Shown here: positions 1-14,500 of the stretch, piece by piece | Layout of the letters: the number at the start of each line of letters is the position of its first letter | Numbering within the stretch: position 1 is the stretch's first letter | Assembly (NCBI GenBank): GCA_051362555.1 | Contig: CM120641.1 | Location: 17,112,001-17,176,000 of the forward strand | Origin: Lingula anatina | Taxonomy: Eukaryota > Animalia > Brachiopoda | DNA length: 64,000 bases | Direction of reading: 5' to 3' | Notes under the pieces: model-generated | Database searches by the model: none | The model's input: only the letters and a program-made list of their open reading frames with translations | Told to the model about the DNA's origin: nothing | Program-made: the position numbers and the translations under genes

Positions 1-1076
1 TATTTGAATAAGACAGCAAATATCGTTTCAAAAATAAAGCTTTTGAAATAGTTAATGTTAGTGAATATAATTGCTCTTTTCACGTATTATTAACTATAAT
101 ATCCAGGGCATTTTTTTCCGACTGAAGATGGTAATATACACTGCAATGTGACGAAGACCCAGTCATTAACTAGATTTTCAGAAAAATGTCACTGTAATTA
201 ATAAAAGAAGGTCAAGATAGTTAACGCACTAATTTGATTATCAGCGATATATCACAAGCTATGCGCGTGATAAGTAAAATTTGATGTTTTATCGAATCAC
301 AAGAGGTGACTCTACATGTACGTCGCTTCTCAGTTTTCTGTTTTTCCTACATAAAAAAACTATTTACTTTCATAACCCACTGCACATTCTATCTAAATAT
401 CGTTGGTCTATCAAAGTAGGAAACATCTATAAACTGATCTAAGACCTTAAACAGTACTGAGCGTGTTTTAGAACAGCAACTCTTATTTATAGTGAACGTT
501 GCGCCAACCGCTTTGTAGACTTATTGAAAAAATAAACTTGTTATGCTATCACGGGTTTGTATTATTGAAACAGTTCACTGGCCTTGAATTTTTGATCATG
601 TTATTAGAAAGGAGTGAAATAGTGACTTAATATGAATAATTATACCGAAAGGAGTAACCAGTTCAGTAGTATCAAAGAGACTGTAAGGTTACAATTTAAT
701 GAAACACGTAGAGGTAGTAGTCACCATTGAAAGCAATTATGAATGGTTTCTGTAATGTGTAATTTGTCATCCATTTCTGAAGGACATGCAACTTGTCATG
801 CTAGTCTATAATAGGAAAACTTTGCCATCTGTGTAAATCTAGCTCTTATACCTTACTCTGTCAGGGAGATTTTGTTGTTGTTTTATTAGTGCTCATCATT
901 TATTGAGTATTCAGTTGTGTGGTTTTCGGAAACCTAATCACGGATAAGCCCAAATAATTTTAATGCATTTTTATAATATCAAAAACAGATTTCAAGGAAA
1001 ACGACCTGTAAAGTTTTTTTTTTTTAATTCTCAAGATGAAGATTATTTAGATTTGTATTTTCCTTGCTGTTTCTAG

Positions 1077-1971
1077 GAAACGACAAGACGTCTTTTAGAA
1101 CTGCAGACGACAGTGGAAACGCTGTTCGAGCGCAGCGGGACGATTGTTCCTTTGAAATGGAGGAAGGAAATGCCGCCAAACCCACTGAAGATGAAAGCGT
1201 TGGCAGCATATGAACACAAAGACGTAGGTTTATTGATTCTGTCTAAATGAGAGGAATGTTATTTAAAACAACGTTCTTAGATAACATTAATTATCGTTAC
1301 TCAATCAATATATCCCTTAGCTTGAGCTTAGGAAATGCAATATTAAATGGTTTATATAAGATCAAATTGTTAAATATATAAATGGCAAAAATTTCTGGTA
1401 CAAGAATTTTGTATCAGACTACCAGCGCACCGTGTCAAATATAAAAATCTCTGGGTCATTTTTTAAATCATCATACTTGGTCTTTTTTATAATGATTGGG
1501 TTTGATAGCAACGAAGAGAAACTATTTTGGAACATTTTGTTACGCATTTTAGTTTGTTGTCGCAGAGGATGATGAAGTAACACTCTTGGATAACACACAT
1601 GGGACAAAGTGGAAGGTAGGAAATACTTTGATAGTGGTTTTAGTGCGAGGTGACTAGTCTCTATCGCGTAACATAAACATAAGACCTCATCTCAATTACT
1701 AAATAAATAAAACCAATCTAGGTAAGAAATAGGAGACCGTATAAACCACGATGCCTTTGATTTTAACTCCAGCTTACACCAGTAACACAAAACGGGAAAC
1801 AATACTGAAGATTTTCTTGTTAAAACAAGAAACGTATGATAGCAGTTAAAAGTACCACGTTTTGGAATCTTTGTTACAGGTGCGAAGTGCGTCAGGTGTG
1901 GAAAGCATTGCTCCGGCCATTCTCTTCTTGATTCCTTCCCCGGACAGCGAGGCCGTGGACAAGGCTAATGG
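1077..1971 (+). CDS. Spectraplakin exons encoding the plakin-domain SH3
   Basis: Three exons translate to ...[77 protein letters not shown], matching the SH3 inserted in spectrin repeat 5 of plakins. Confidence 0.85.
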
Positions 1972-4900
1972 GTAGGTTTATCATGTTAAATTTCAACTGA
2001 AAATATACTGATAATAAAAATTCACTTGATATTTTTATTGTTTGCTTGGCTGGTACTAGCGAGTTAGCGGATGCTGAACATATTGTCTCATAAGTATTGT
2101 CTCATTTGATTTGTTCCCTGTGTTATCTTTTTGATGTTAAAACAAATGAGGTGTGAAATTATCCACAGCAACTGTGAAGAATAAAACTGACTAGGCAATG
2201 CACATAGTTAGGCGTACTGTCAAGTAGACGAATTTCGCACCAAAATGATCAAATACGCACCAGTCTTAGAAAATAAACGGAGTTATTCCATGGGGATATA
2301 GAAAAACAATGTTTATTGCTCTTTGCAGTCTTCGCCAAAGGATGGTTAACATTTGGGAGCACAGTCTTAGAACGCTTCGCAGTCAGACGCTACGTCTTCT
2401 AACGCGGGTGATCAACGGCGTTGATTCATCAGAGGTATGGTATGAAATTTTCATGATCTTAAAAATAAACAAGTTTTATACTCTCTGCAGAGATCCCTTT
2501 TAATTCCTTAACACATTTGGACGGAAATAGCAGAAGGGAATTTGAAACTTAGTAATAAGGGTCGATAAGAGGAATTATTATTAGTCTGCAAAAAGCATGA
2601 ATATAATATACATATATGTATGTTGAAGTGTGCTGAAGGTAAAACTCGTAATGAAAAAGACTTCCATGACAGCTGTGGTAACGTTGTATAATTTATTTTT
2701 CCTGCGTCGGTTGAGGTATCGATTATGAGGAATGTAGACAAGACAATACAACACTTCATAGAACTTCTAGTTTTTTTTTTTTTTTTTTTTTTGATTTAAA
2801 GAATGCTGAACACATGGTAGCCCCACACAAATTGAATCGCTGTCTGCTGGAATCAAAACACATTTGGTACATTTGCATTTCGTTTCTGTACCTTCCATAT
2901 TCATGTTTACGTTACCAGACTGCAAAAATCCCTTAGGAGACAATGAGATGAAATATTTCCCAGAATAGATTACAAAAAACATCAGGCCAATCTCTCTGCT
3001 CAGGCACGACGATGCATTAAACGCCCTTTATTTCACATTGGGAAGGCAAGCCGTAGCAGTACTAATGTTGTTATTTGAAATAGCGCAATCCCCAGGAGGT
3101 ACATCGATCTTGTCTTTAGCAAGGAAAGGGTAGTCTGTCTATTCCAATGATCTACATTTTAGCTCGGCGTGCTGAATCCAGCTCAGACACAAGATGTTAT
3201 GAAATTGCTGAAAGACTCGCTGAGAAAACTGAGGATTGACGAACCCGGAGGAGCTGACCTCAGAGACTTCCTCCACAGTATTCACTCCTTTGCGAAACTG
3301 CTCCAAGACTCAAAAGTCGACCAAGACGAAGGTATGATATCCTCTTTTTATGGACTGCCAATAGTTTGATTGGTTGTGGTATTAAGTAGGTCATTTGGTT
3401 CACTTTTCTTTCCTTTGGATTCTTTTCAAATATCTTTCATAAGATCGGGCTTAGGTATTTTTCAAGAAGCGACTGACGAAATATTTAAGTCACGGCTCTA
3501 TTTTAAATATTAAGTGTTGCAAATGCATCGTTTCCAGCAATATATAAGCTATATCAACAGGTATTGATGAATGTCGCTGATGTATAATTGTCTACGTCAT
3601 GAGAGCATCGGTTGTCATGGCAACTGTTGTCATATTTTAAATTCTAGTTCTATTATATTTTGTCCTTATGTCATCCATATAGAATAGGCATATACCTTCG
3701 TTAAAAGCAGTTTTTAAGATGCAAGACTGTTTAAAAGCAGATTTAGATATATGCTGAATATAGGTCCTTAGAAGTAGAGGTATAGTGACTGAATATATAG
3801 GCCTCCAGCGACCAATTACCAACAGTTAATATTTTTTCAGCTGAAGTTTTTAACACTTTGAAAGTGGACGCTGATAAGTGCACAAAAATGTGGTCTTCAT
3901 TTCTTCTGGAATCAATATGGAGTCGTGAATGATAAGCACAGTTGCTTTGTATCGTATGTTTATTTAATTGTGCCTTATTTTTGCTTTAATTTTTTGACAT
4001 TTATCTATTGTAGGTAGACGCCATTCTGCCACGAAATTTTTTGTCGAGTGGAAACAAGTCGAGAAAATGGTAGACACGTTTGAGGTACGTTTTGAAGCAT
4101 AGGCGTGCAGTGCAATCAAACAAAATAATAATTGGCCATTTTTAGATCAAATCTTAACTTTTATTTAGAATTTTTAATTGAGTAATAACCGAGGATTGGA
4201 ATTGACAGATTTTTCCGTCCACCCTTTGTAAACTTTGAAGCTACAAAATAATAGGGTAATTAAAATGTAATGGTTCAAATGAGTCGGCTATTGTTACTGT
4301 GTACATGTTTTCGAGTCATGGGCAAAAGAAAAAAGTCCCTTTGAAAGAACAACATTGGCAACACCCATGATATTTCCTAGGTAGCAAACTTAAAAAGAAA
4401 AAACTTCCAACACATCAGCTGTTATTAATTTTTATTGGACGCTTTTGATAGTGCACTAAAATACATCAGTCGTTAAAGGCCCTAAGACACTTAAAAAACA
4501 CCAGAGAACCCTTCTTGTAAGGTTCTGTATTATGTTAGCCGTAATGCATTTACGTCATACGTATATTTGCGATCCCCAGGAGCTGGCCATATATGCCGAT
4601 GACTACACCAACACCGTGGACAAGTCTAGCAATACCAAGTATTACCTCTGCTTTGATGACGAGGGCAAATTACGTTGGTGCTCTAATGGGTACATCGAGA
4701 GGTGAGTGCGTGTTGTCACTCTTGTCTATTTCCGCGATAATTTGATTTCAAGGAAGTTGAGTTCTACACTTCATCATGCACCGAAACTTCGATTTTGCAA
4801 AAATGGAAATAATGAAAATGTTTGAGAAGTCTTATTTTAAAATGTGAGATTTGACGGAATACTATCGAAATTTCAATCAAATAAAAACACTTGGGTAGAT

Positions 4901-7900
4901 AGATTTTATTTAGATATATATTTGTTGTCATTTCACTCGTTTTTAACTTATTATTAGGGTCGTTTTGTGTTCTACGTGCACGCAAACAATTTTCCATGCA
5001 TATTTATTTGGCATGCGTTTCTTTTTAGGATGAAGCACGTTGAACTCGATACGGATATTCCCCTTACCATAGAACATAATGAGGTACAACTGATGATCAT
5101 CTTCGAGAAGGCGCAGGATGATGACGAAGAACAGCAATCCGATATGATGACGGTGTCGTCTGCTCTAGAAACGATTGAGGAGGAGATGTTCTCGTCTGAC
5201 TTCATGCGAGAATCTCAGACCTTCTCTATTACTGGTGTGCTGGACCCAAGGACTGATGAGATTGTAAGCATCTTCAGCGCCGTCGCTGATGGTATTGTGG
5301 ACCGTAAGGATGGAGTATACCGAAATCCTGTCACCGGAGAGAGCATGCCAATACCAGAGGCAATGAACAGAGGTTTTATCATTGTGGAATATGTAAACCG
5401 CACAATACTACAGCAAACGTCTGAATCTGGGGTTATTAAGACAGTTAAAACCCGAAGTGGTAAGACTTATAAAATCTCGGCTGTTGTTGACCCACGGAAT
5501 AACCAAAAACTGAACGCCAATGACGCTATGGACGCTGGGATACTTGACCCCAAGAAGGGTCGCTACATCAACCCTACAACTGGGGAGTCAATGAGCATAG
5601 ATGAAGCAGTCCAGCATGGCTTTATCTTACTAGCTGCTGAAAACGGTCACGTTTCAGATGAAGATGATTTATTCATCACCCAAAGCTATCTGATCATGAG
5701 TGTTGTTGACCCTCGCACGAAGAAAGATGTTTCATTAAAGGTGGCTCTGGCTTCAGGAATCGTCAATAAAGAGCAAGGGGTGTATAAGAACCTGGACACA
5801 GGAATGGAAATTATGATAGCCGAGGCTATAATGCGTGGTTTCATCAAGGCTAAACCTATAGATTCCACCGCTAATCACAACTCGGCCGACACTATCACCA
5901 TCAAACTACGCAAACCTAAGGAGGGACGAAAACAGCCCATTGAAGACAAAAGCTATCACAAATTGAAAGATGAGATGGACATGACCATAGATGGTATAAA
6001 AGAATCCGGGGTGGACGGTTCACGGGACCTTAACCTTGAAGAGGCTTTACGGGCTAAGATAATGGCCCTAGAAGCGTTGGAATACGCCACAAATAACGGC
6101 GATCGGTACACTCTTCAAGAGGCGGTGGCGATGGGATACGTTGACCCGAAAACTGCCACCCAGATTCTCCGTGAATGTGAGGCTAGGAGTCTCGATAACC
6201 CCCTCTCTAGTGGTGAACTAGATCCTCATACGAGCCTTTTTGTCGATCCAACCACGGGGCTAAAAGTGCGCTTCCGCTCAGCAGTTGCCGACGGGTACCT
6301 CGATCCCTACAAAATTTACTATTACGACATCCCTGAGCAAAAAGTCAGCAGTCTCGGTCGCGCTATTAGTGATGGGAAATTTAATGAGGACACGGGTCGG
6401 TTTATTGACCCCAGCACCGGGAATGAACTGTCAATTACAGCTGCTGTTGAAAAACAACTGATTGACCCCCGTGTGGACTCGGAGGCTATAATGGACCGCA
6501 CAGACATACTAAAACACCTCGAACCTCACATGGATACCAACATTACCGGGGTTAAACACCCAATTACTAATCAAGACCTATCCGTTAAGGAGGCGGTGCT
6601 ATCCGGTCTGTTGGACATCCCGGAAGTCGCCTACGTGAATGCTGATCAAGACGAGAGCTTTGGTGTGGCAATCCCCGAGGCCGTGACCTCTGGAAATATA
6701 GCCACCGAGACCGCCAAGGAGATCTTCAAGGCCCTGGATGCCATGTCACTTGGAGCCATGCATGATCAGAAACTCCTCGACGAGGACGGGAATTATGTCG
6801 ATCCTAAAACGAAACAAAAAATGACAATTGAAGAGGCGGTGGATAATGGTCATTTCGATCCAAATTATGTATTTTTTGTAGATAAAATTGGCAATGAGGT
6901 CGTCACGCTGGCTGTGTCTATAGATCAGGGGCAGTTTAATCCCCAAACTGGCAAATTTGTTGACCCCTCCGGTCGTGATATTAGCATTTCTATCGCGGCA
7001 AAGAGAGACCTGATCAACCCCAGAATCAATCCAGAGGAGTTCATAGAGGAGAGATTCACGCTGCAGGAACTGCAAGCTAAGGGAAAAGCATACGACGACT
7101 CCATCCTGAAAATACCAGGTAGACCAGAAATGACTCTGAGGCAAGCTCTTGACGAGAACCTTTTATCTCCGCAAACTGTGTTGTGCTACGACCCAAAGAC
7201 TGGGACTCTCTCTTTGCCCGAGGTGAACGAGTCTCTGAAGACACTCATGGATATATCGTATCAACTGAAGTGGGTAGGAGAAAAAGAAGTAGAATTGGGA
7301 ATGCAGAAACCTCCGTCAGAAGATTCAGATGAGCTTAGAAAACAAGCTGACGATCAAGAGGTAAGGCATTTAACTGAAATACACGACATAGAATGGGCAC
7401 GTCTTCCTTTGCATTTTAATTTAAATTTCCAATATGTAATATAACTGTAGATTTAATAAGGCTTTAACATTCGATGTACGTTGCATTATTTTGATAACAT
7501 TATTTGGATAGTGGAGTCGGAAATAATCAGTTATTGTGCATGCATTAACGAGTTCACTATAGCTTTGAGGATGTTTCAGATGGTGACCGTTGACAATATA
7601 TATATATAATTCTTTATGTGATTGCTCCCTACATAATAGATTATAGGCGCTAATAGGTCTACTGTTATTAAAATCAGTGCACTTTGATGCTTTCTGGGGT
7701 TACTCTGTATGTTGTTGTTATTTTTTAAGTACTATTTGTTTGCCAGATGATAATGATTTGTCTGCATCTCTCATTTTCTTTGTCCAAAGCAAAATATCAT
7801 TTGCATTTGGTAAATGTTTGGTATGCTGTCCCAAGCCTTGTGTACATTGTTCTATTGTGCCATATCTATTATTCATCGTTTTTTTTTCTTTCTCCCTGAC

Positions 7901-8514
7901 ACTTTACAAGAATCAATAATGATATTTGTACGTCCACGTTAACCATTTTTTCTCTCACAGGATCTTTTGAAAGACGTCGAAAACCACCAGGACCCTATAG
8001 AGCTCCTCCTAGAACAGGCGCAAGAGCTCCTGGAAAATGCAAAGAATTCAAGTCGAGACGAGGCATCAGAACATCAGTACCAGAAACTGCGTTTTGCTAC
8101 ATCGGACCTCAAGCTCCGATTCGAAGCGGTAAGTAAAATTTAGTTTGGGGTTCGGGTAATAACATAAATTGAGAAGTTTTTGTGTTGTGATTTCGGAGTA
8201 AGAGTCCTAATCGTAAGTGACTCGTGCAATAAACCACCACGTGCCTTGTAGCTTTTACCTTTCTCAATGTTACTTGTTTTTTGCATGAAGAAACGGAAAT
8301 GGTCTTGTGGTGGAAAATGTTCAAAAACAACTGATGGAGATGTTGAACATGATATTGTTTTACGTAGAATATTTTAGTGTTACAGTGCTGGATTCTGGAG
8401 AATGGCTTATATTGTCACTTTTATTCGCTTTTGTGGGGATCCCACCTTGTTGCAAGTGGTGCGCGTGGCCGCGTAGCATATACGATTATGGAATTCCTTG
8501 TATTAGATCATTTC

Positions 8515-8568
<54 letters not shown>

Positions 8569-11500
8569 AAGAGGATCGGTTTTCAGCATGGTAACGGTTC
8601 TCGTTATAGTGATATTTAGAAATTTTAAAGAGATTTGGATTTTTATCAGATTAACTTTTATTCATTCTTTTGGTGTGAAAAATAGTGGACCAGATGTACT
8701 GTTCACACAGTGCATTGCTACATTTCGTGCATGGTGCTCGTTGACATAAGCATTATGAGGGATAGGGCCTTGGTACGAGCTGAATTATATGTTAAAACAG
8801 CAGTTCGTTAACAGGAAAGTAAGATCCCATCGATTTACAGAATGCATGATAGACGTTTAATTTATTGTCCAAGCGATGAAAACTTTGGCAACATGATAAG
8901 AAAACATCATCAAAAATGCATGATAAAAATTGTAACCAATATACTAGGCATATACCTACAGTTTAGGCAGAGGGATTGCAGCAAGGTTCTGCATGGCATG
9001 AGAGGAAAGGCTGTAGATTTTGAAAATTGTCTCAAACTAACATTTTACTAATTCTATTTCCGCAGAGTGCCAGAAACTTGCAGCGATCTCTTGTTTCTTT
9101 CATTGGCTATATTCTGGTATGTGAGACCCATTGGCTGACAAATTGCACTCAAAACTAATCCAACACAATTCCTTTTGTGTCATAAATGTTTTGGACAGTT
9201 TCTCGGCGTACCATCTATCTTCAAGTAAACTTTTCTCGTATACGTATATTTTTGTTTGTTATGTCGAAAAAATACTTTTGTCCAGTCCCTTGAATCTTAT
9301 TGCGATATATTGTGTTATAGAGGCTTTGAGGTGTTAAGTGAAGGAGGAATGTATGTTCATTGAGTCGTTAGGTTACAACAGTGACAAATCATAGGGATCA
9401 TTCCATCATTCTGATTTAAATTTATTCCGCCAGATATACGTGTACATGTAATGCTATATACTGAACACAGTTAAAATTATGGCTTAAAATTGGCCTTTCA
9501 ACGAATAACAGCCATTGTGATTGATAATGTGTAAAAAGAAATTTTAGAAAGTTGTTATAAGTTTCACAATACCTTTATGTTATTGATGTATTTTTGATAA
9601 CTGAAGGAGTGTCCGCATTTCTTGATTTTTTTGGGTGATATTGCATCAAAATATTTCAAAACCATTTGCCTATGAAGCACTTTTCTTTTGTTTAGGTATA
9701 CAGTCAGGCGGAGGCTAGAATGAAACTCCTGGAGGCTCTGCTGCACCAGCTTCAAGACTTCTACGAGAACTTAGAAAGTTTTGATGAGTGGCTGACCCAG
9801 GGAGAACAGACCATTGGAGAAATGCAGAAAGCTCTGACAGATTTAGATAATCTGCAACAACACTCAGAAGCTTTTAAGGTGAGGCGATCGGTTAATCCTG
9901 GTCAATGAAAACTTAGGGGTATTTCTGCGAAAATGAAATTGATTATCCGTTTCGTTATTTTCAATTTCAATAAAATATTTTTCCACAAGATTCTATAACC
10001 TCTGTTTTATGTATAATGGACTTTTTGCACTGTGCAGTGTCGTTTTTATTTAAAAAAGGAATCGCAATTTATACTTTCAGAGTTTTGCTGATGAGGCCAT
10101 GTTGAAAGAGAGCAATTTGTCCGAACTAATGAATGAAGGTTCTCAATTCAAAAATGACAGTCAGGTATGAAAGGCATTTGATAGAAGTGATAAACAAGAT
10201 TTTATTTCGATCACTACTAAATGTAACTGAACGAGTACTCTGATAACGAAACCATGTCTGAACTTTATAAAGCGACTGCAAAATGTAGCTATTTTTGTTT
10301 TCACTATGGCTATTATCAAAAGAACATCGAAGCTCACAAATGGCCACATATTCCCACATGAGTCTATTTTCTGATGATGGCTGTAATGTTGTCAGTCGGC
10401 AATCTGTAATTGGTAATGTTGTACTTGCGTTCTTGGAATTTACGTATTGATTGTGCTGTCTGCGAAATTCAAGGCGGTCTGGAGGGATATCAGACAATGC
10501 ATATTGATTCAGCAGGAATAATGATAGAGAAGAGAAGTGGGATTAAGGATGTAAAATTGACACCAGTGACGCGCTCAGTGTTCAGCCTATTCAGTCAGCT
10601 GAGCTCGCTTAAAAGTGTGCGTCCACACACATACACTTCTTTTCCAACACAAAATTGTACATAATGTGAAAATATGAAAAACAGTTCCAAATAACTGCTA
10701 ACACATCAGTAGAACACACATAAAATTGGAAAACTTCAAATGTCAACCTGGCATTGTAATATTATCTGAAAATATATACGATATTCAAAGTGTGTGCCAG
10801 TGAAGTATTTAATCGGATATTTTTTTTCTTTTGCATGTTTTTAGGATTATGAAAAAGGACTTGAAGTATTCCGTGAGGGCATTCACCTGCAGAGAGACAA
10901 CTCGGGGGCCGAGAACGACGAAGCAGCTCGAGTGATCGACCAAGAATTACAAGCCGTTAATGAAAAGTATAAAGCACTGTTAACAAACTGCATGGGTTTG
11001 ATGGCTCAGCTCACAGATACCGTCGAAAAATGTAAAGAATTCAAAGAAATCCAAGCTGAGCTACAAGACTGGTTCCCTGAAACAGAGGAACAAATTGCTA
11101 ATGTCAAGCCAGAGGAAGTAGAGCCTGAGCCGGAGAAGATACAAAAAGAGATAGAGCTTTTGTCAATTTATAACGCGGATGTCGCATCACAAGGAAAACT
11201 GGTGGACGATCTTAAAAGTGTTGGCGGTGAATTGGTTGACTTCCTAGAAAGCAACGAGACAAAAGATAAAGCACAGGAGATAGCAACAGTAGTTGCTTTA
11301 ATGGAGGGAAGATACAACGCTATCCAAGACCAATACGACCAAAAGAATGCCCAGCTCAACGAAATGCTCGTGCAAAGCCAGGACATCTCCCATGGTATTG
11401 ACGTGATGCTAACATGGCTAGAAGATACAGAGAACCGACTTCAATGTCTGCCACCTGTGAGCCTTAACAAGGAAAACCTGAACCAGCAACTCCAGGAGCA

Positions 11501-14500
11501 CAGAGTTTTGCAGTCTGAAATCAACAATCGTAGGACACACATGGAGACACTTGCCAAACAGGCCGAGGGTGTCCCCGGCACCGAAAGTAAACTAAACGAA
11601 GCACACGATCGTTTTGAGAAAATCCAAGAGGCGATGAAAGCGCGGGCAGACGACCAAGATGACGTCATGAGTAAAATGGGTAATATTCAAAGATCGGTGC
11701 AGCAGGTTGAAACATGGATTGGAAGCACTGTTGGAGTACTAAAGAAGGCCACTGAAATCGGAACTTTCTCCGCTAAAGACAAAATCGAGGAATTGTATCG
11801 TCAAAAGCAAGCAAAGCAAACGGATTTGGACGAAATTAAACACACAGGAAAAGAGCTTGTTGACAGCCCAAAGACAGGTGACAAGAACAGTTTAAGAGAG
11901 ACCATCGCCGACGTCCATGCAAAATGGCACAGTCTGACAGAAATGTTGGTGCAACTCATTTCTATGGAAGTAAGTTGTCTACCTGTTATTCATATTTTTC
12001 TTGCATGTTCATATTTTTTCCTGGTCATATCATTTGCTCAGCAGTTGTGTCATTTGGGATTTAAGTGAATGTTATCTATTTTTTTTTTTTCGTGCACAGG
12101 AGGCTGCCTCGGGCGAGGATTAGGAAAGATATGCGTGTCAAATTGAACCACAGTACACCTTGGCCTGGCATTAATATGTAGCTGTATATAAGGATCCCTG
12201 TGGCTGATATACTAGAATCGTTGTGCAGTGTAGAATGATATTTCAAATGCCAACTCCATGCTGTTTATTAGCTTTTTGGTTGTTCAAGCAATATAGCACA
12301 TTGAAGTGTATTATTACATACTAAGAATTGTGATTTTTTTCGGTATTTATTAGGCTCTCCAGGAAATCGACGAAGCTGTCAAGTTCTTGGACAAAGCTGA
12401 AGCAGAAATTAACACCTCCGACCCAATCAGTATCGAGCCAGAGACTCTTAGTGTGCAGTTAAGAAACCAACAGGTAGGTCACTATATATTTATACCTGAT
12501 ATTGTTTGCGTAGAGGGTTCCACGAAATTCGATGTTCGAAGCTCCAAGACGCGTTTGTCATTGACTATTGCAGTTTTAGTAATAATACAACTCACCTTCA
12601 TTAGTGACATTTGTGTATTCTCGGTATTCTCACATTGTTGCTGCACGTTTTCTCACACTCTTGCCAATTCTTCTAGATTTGTTGGTGGGAAAGTCATTAT
12701 TCAAATCTATCGATTTTCTTTTCTTAGGCGCTACATGCTGAATTGGATCAAAAGAAAAACGGAATCCGAGATCTGGTAAATAAATGCAATGTGATGCTCA
12801 GAGACACCACCAGCGAAGAGGCTGATAACGTGAAGAACAGATTGGAACAAATTCGAAGCCAGGCTGACTCAGTTTGTAAGCTGAGCGAAGATAGGTTGCG
12901 ACTTTTAGAAGATGCGTCACCATTGGTTCGTCACTTTAACGACGTCCAATCGGATTTGCGAGTCTGGCTTACCGATGTTGAATCCGAGATTCAGGGACTA
13001 GACGCGGCGGGTCAAAGTGCAGACCAGATAAAGAAACAACAAGAGCAAGTCAAGGTAATAGTCTTATTCCCCTGAAGTCATACATTGAGTTCCTTGAAAA
13101 TCAATACATTTTTCGTATCATAAAATCGCAATGCCAAACTTTGACTCCTTATCCTATTTGTGCTTCATCGGCCGTCTGACTCATTCTTGTATACAGTGAA
13201 ATGAATCAATATGCTTAACAGTGCTTTCATAAAGAAAGGAAATTGTAAAACCTTCCGAATCGAAATCTCACTTCTCTTCTTGAATACCCTTAACCCCGTT
13301 TAGCGCATTAATTATAATAACTGATGACTTCCCCTGAAGACACAAGTATGCAGTGACACTTTTCTCTAATCAATAAATTGGATTCATACCGGGATCTTTT
13401 CAGATTAAGGGTAATAGTAGTATAATTAAATTAATTGTTGTGTATCCAATATTAGACCGCCTGTAGAATAGGATAGGACTTTTCACAGCGCTGAATATAT
13501 TCAAGAGAAAGATGAGATGGAATTATTTAACAGACAGGTGGAATGTTGCAGCATGAGGTCATAGAATCGATACACAAAGGAAGTGGAATATTTATATGAA
13601 TGAGATCACGTTTTTAAACTGATAACAATTGATGAATCAGTCGAGAAGGATTTAGAGATGCATGAAGTCATCGTTTTGTCTGATTCCAATTTAAAATGAG
13701 GTGTTTCTGTCTATACAATCTTTAGGGTTGTATTTTAATATGTAAAGAAGGAACCTTACCTTTGTGACCTTTTAAGTATTAAGTATCATTAATTGGATAA
13801 AATCAAAGTAGGGAGGTTTTTTAAATCCCGGTAGGATCCTAAATTGATCCCTGAATCATTTTACAGACTCACATTATCTGTCTGTATTGAATGCATAGAC
13901 TGGGAAAACGTTTTTTGCAACTTGCAAAACGTAGAACAATTTAATAGATGTAAAAAATACATCGTTACGGATATACCTGCATTTTACATACTTTCAATCG
14001 CTTTCTGAACACTCTTTTTTCATTTGACATTACGTATCAAAATGTCTATATTGAATGTACATAAACAAAACGCGGTTCTTGGTGTATGTTTTGTAATAGA
14101 TAGATCCTATTAGCTTAAATGCGGGAAGCACGGCTTCACATATGCCCTTTTAATCCGTATAAACGAAACACAAACCCAGCCCGGTAATGTATGTATTCTC
14201 TTAATCCATATGATTGAAATAAAGATCTCACTTGATTATGTATATATCTGTCGTTTACACTAGTATTCTCGGCTCAGTTAGGATAAGGCTCCGTGACCTG
14301 CGGTATAACCTTACATCTCATTTCTCCCAAGATGTCTATTTATGAGCTCATATTGAAGGATTTCGTTGCGTTGAATCAATTTGACTTTCCATTAGCTTAA
14401 GAACGCAACGTTTCCTGATGGCTAAGAGTGGAAGTGACGAGGATCAGTAGGATTTTGCGAACTCAGTCCTAGCTAGGCAGCAGGCCTTACTTATGTATAG

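Noticed and set aside
4972-7144. Several minus-strand ORFs (4972-5205, 5215-5403, 5686-5868, 6322-6507, 6746-7144)
   Set aside because: They are antisense shadows of the large plectin-repeat exon and show no independent protein signal.
8307-8749. ORFs with YIYIYI runs
   Set aside because: These are translations of the (TA)n microsatellite.
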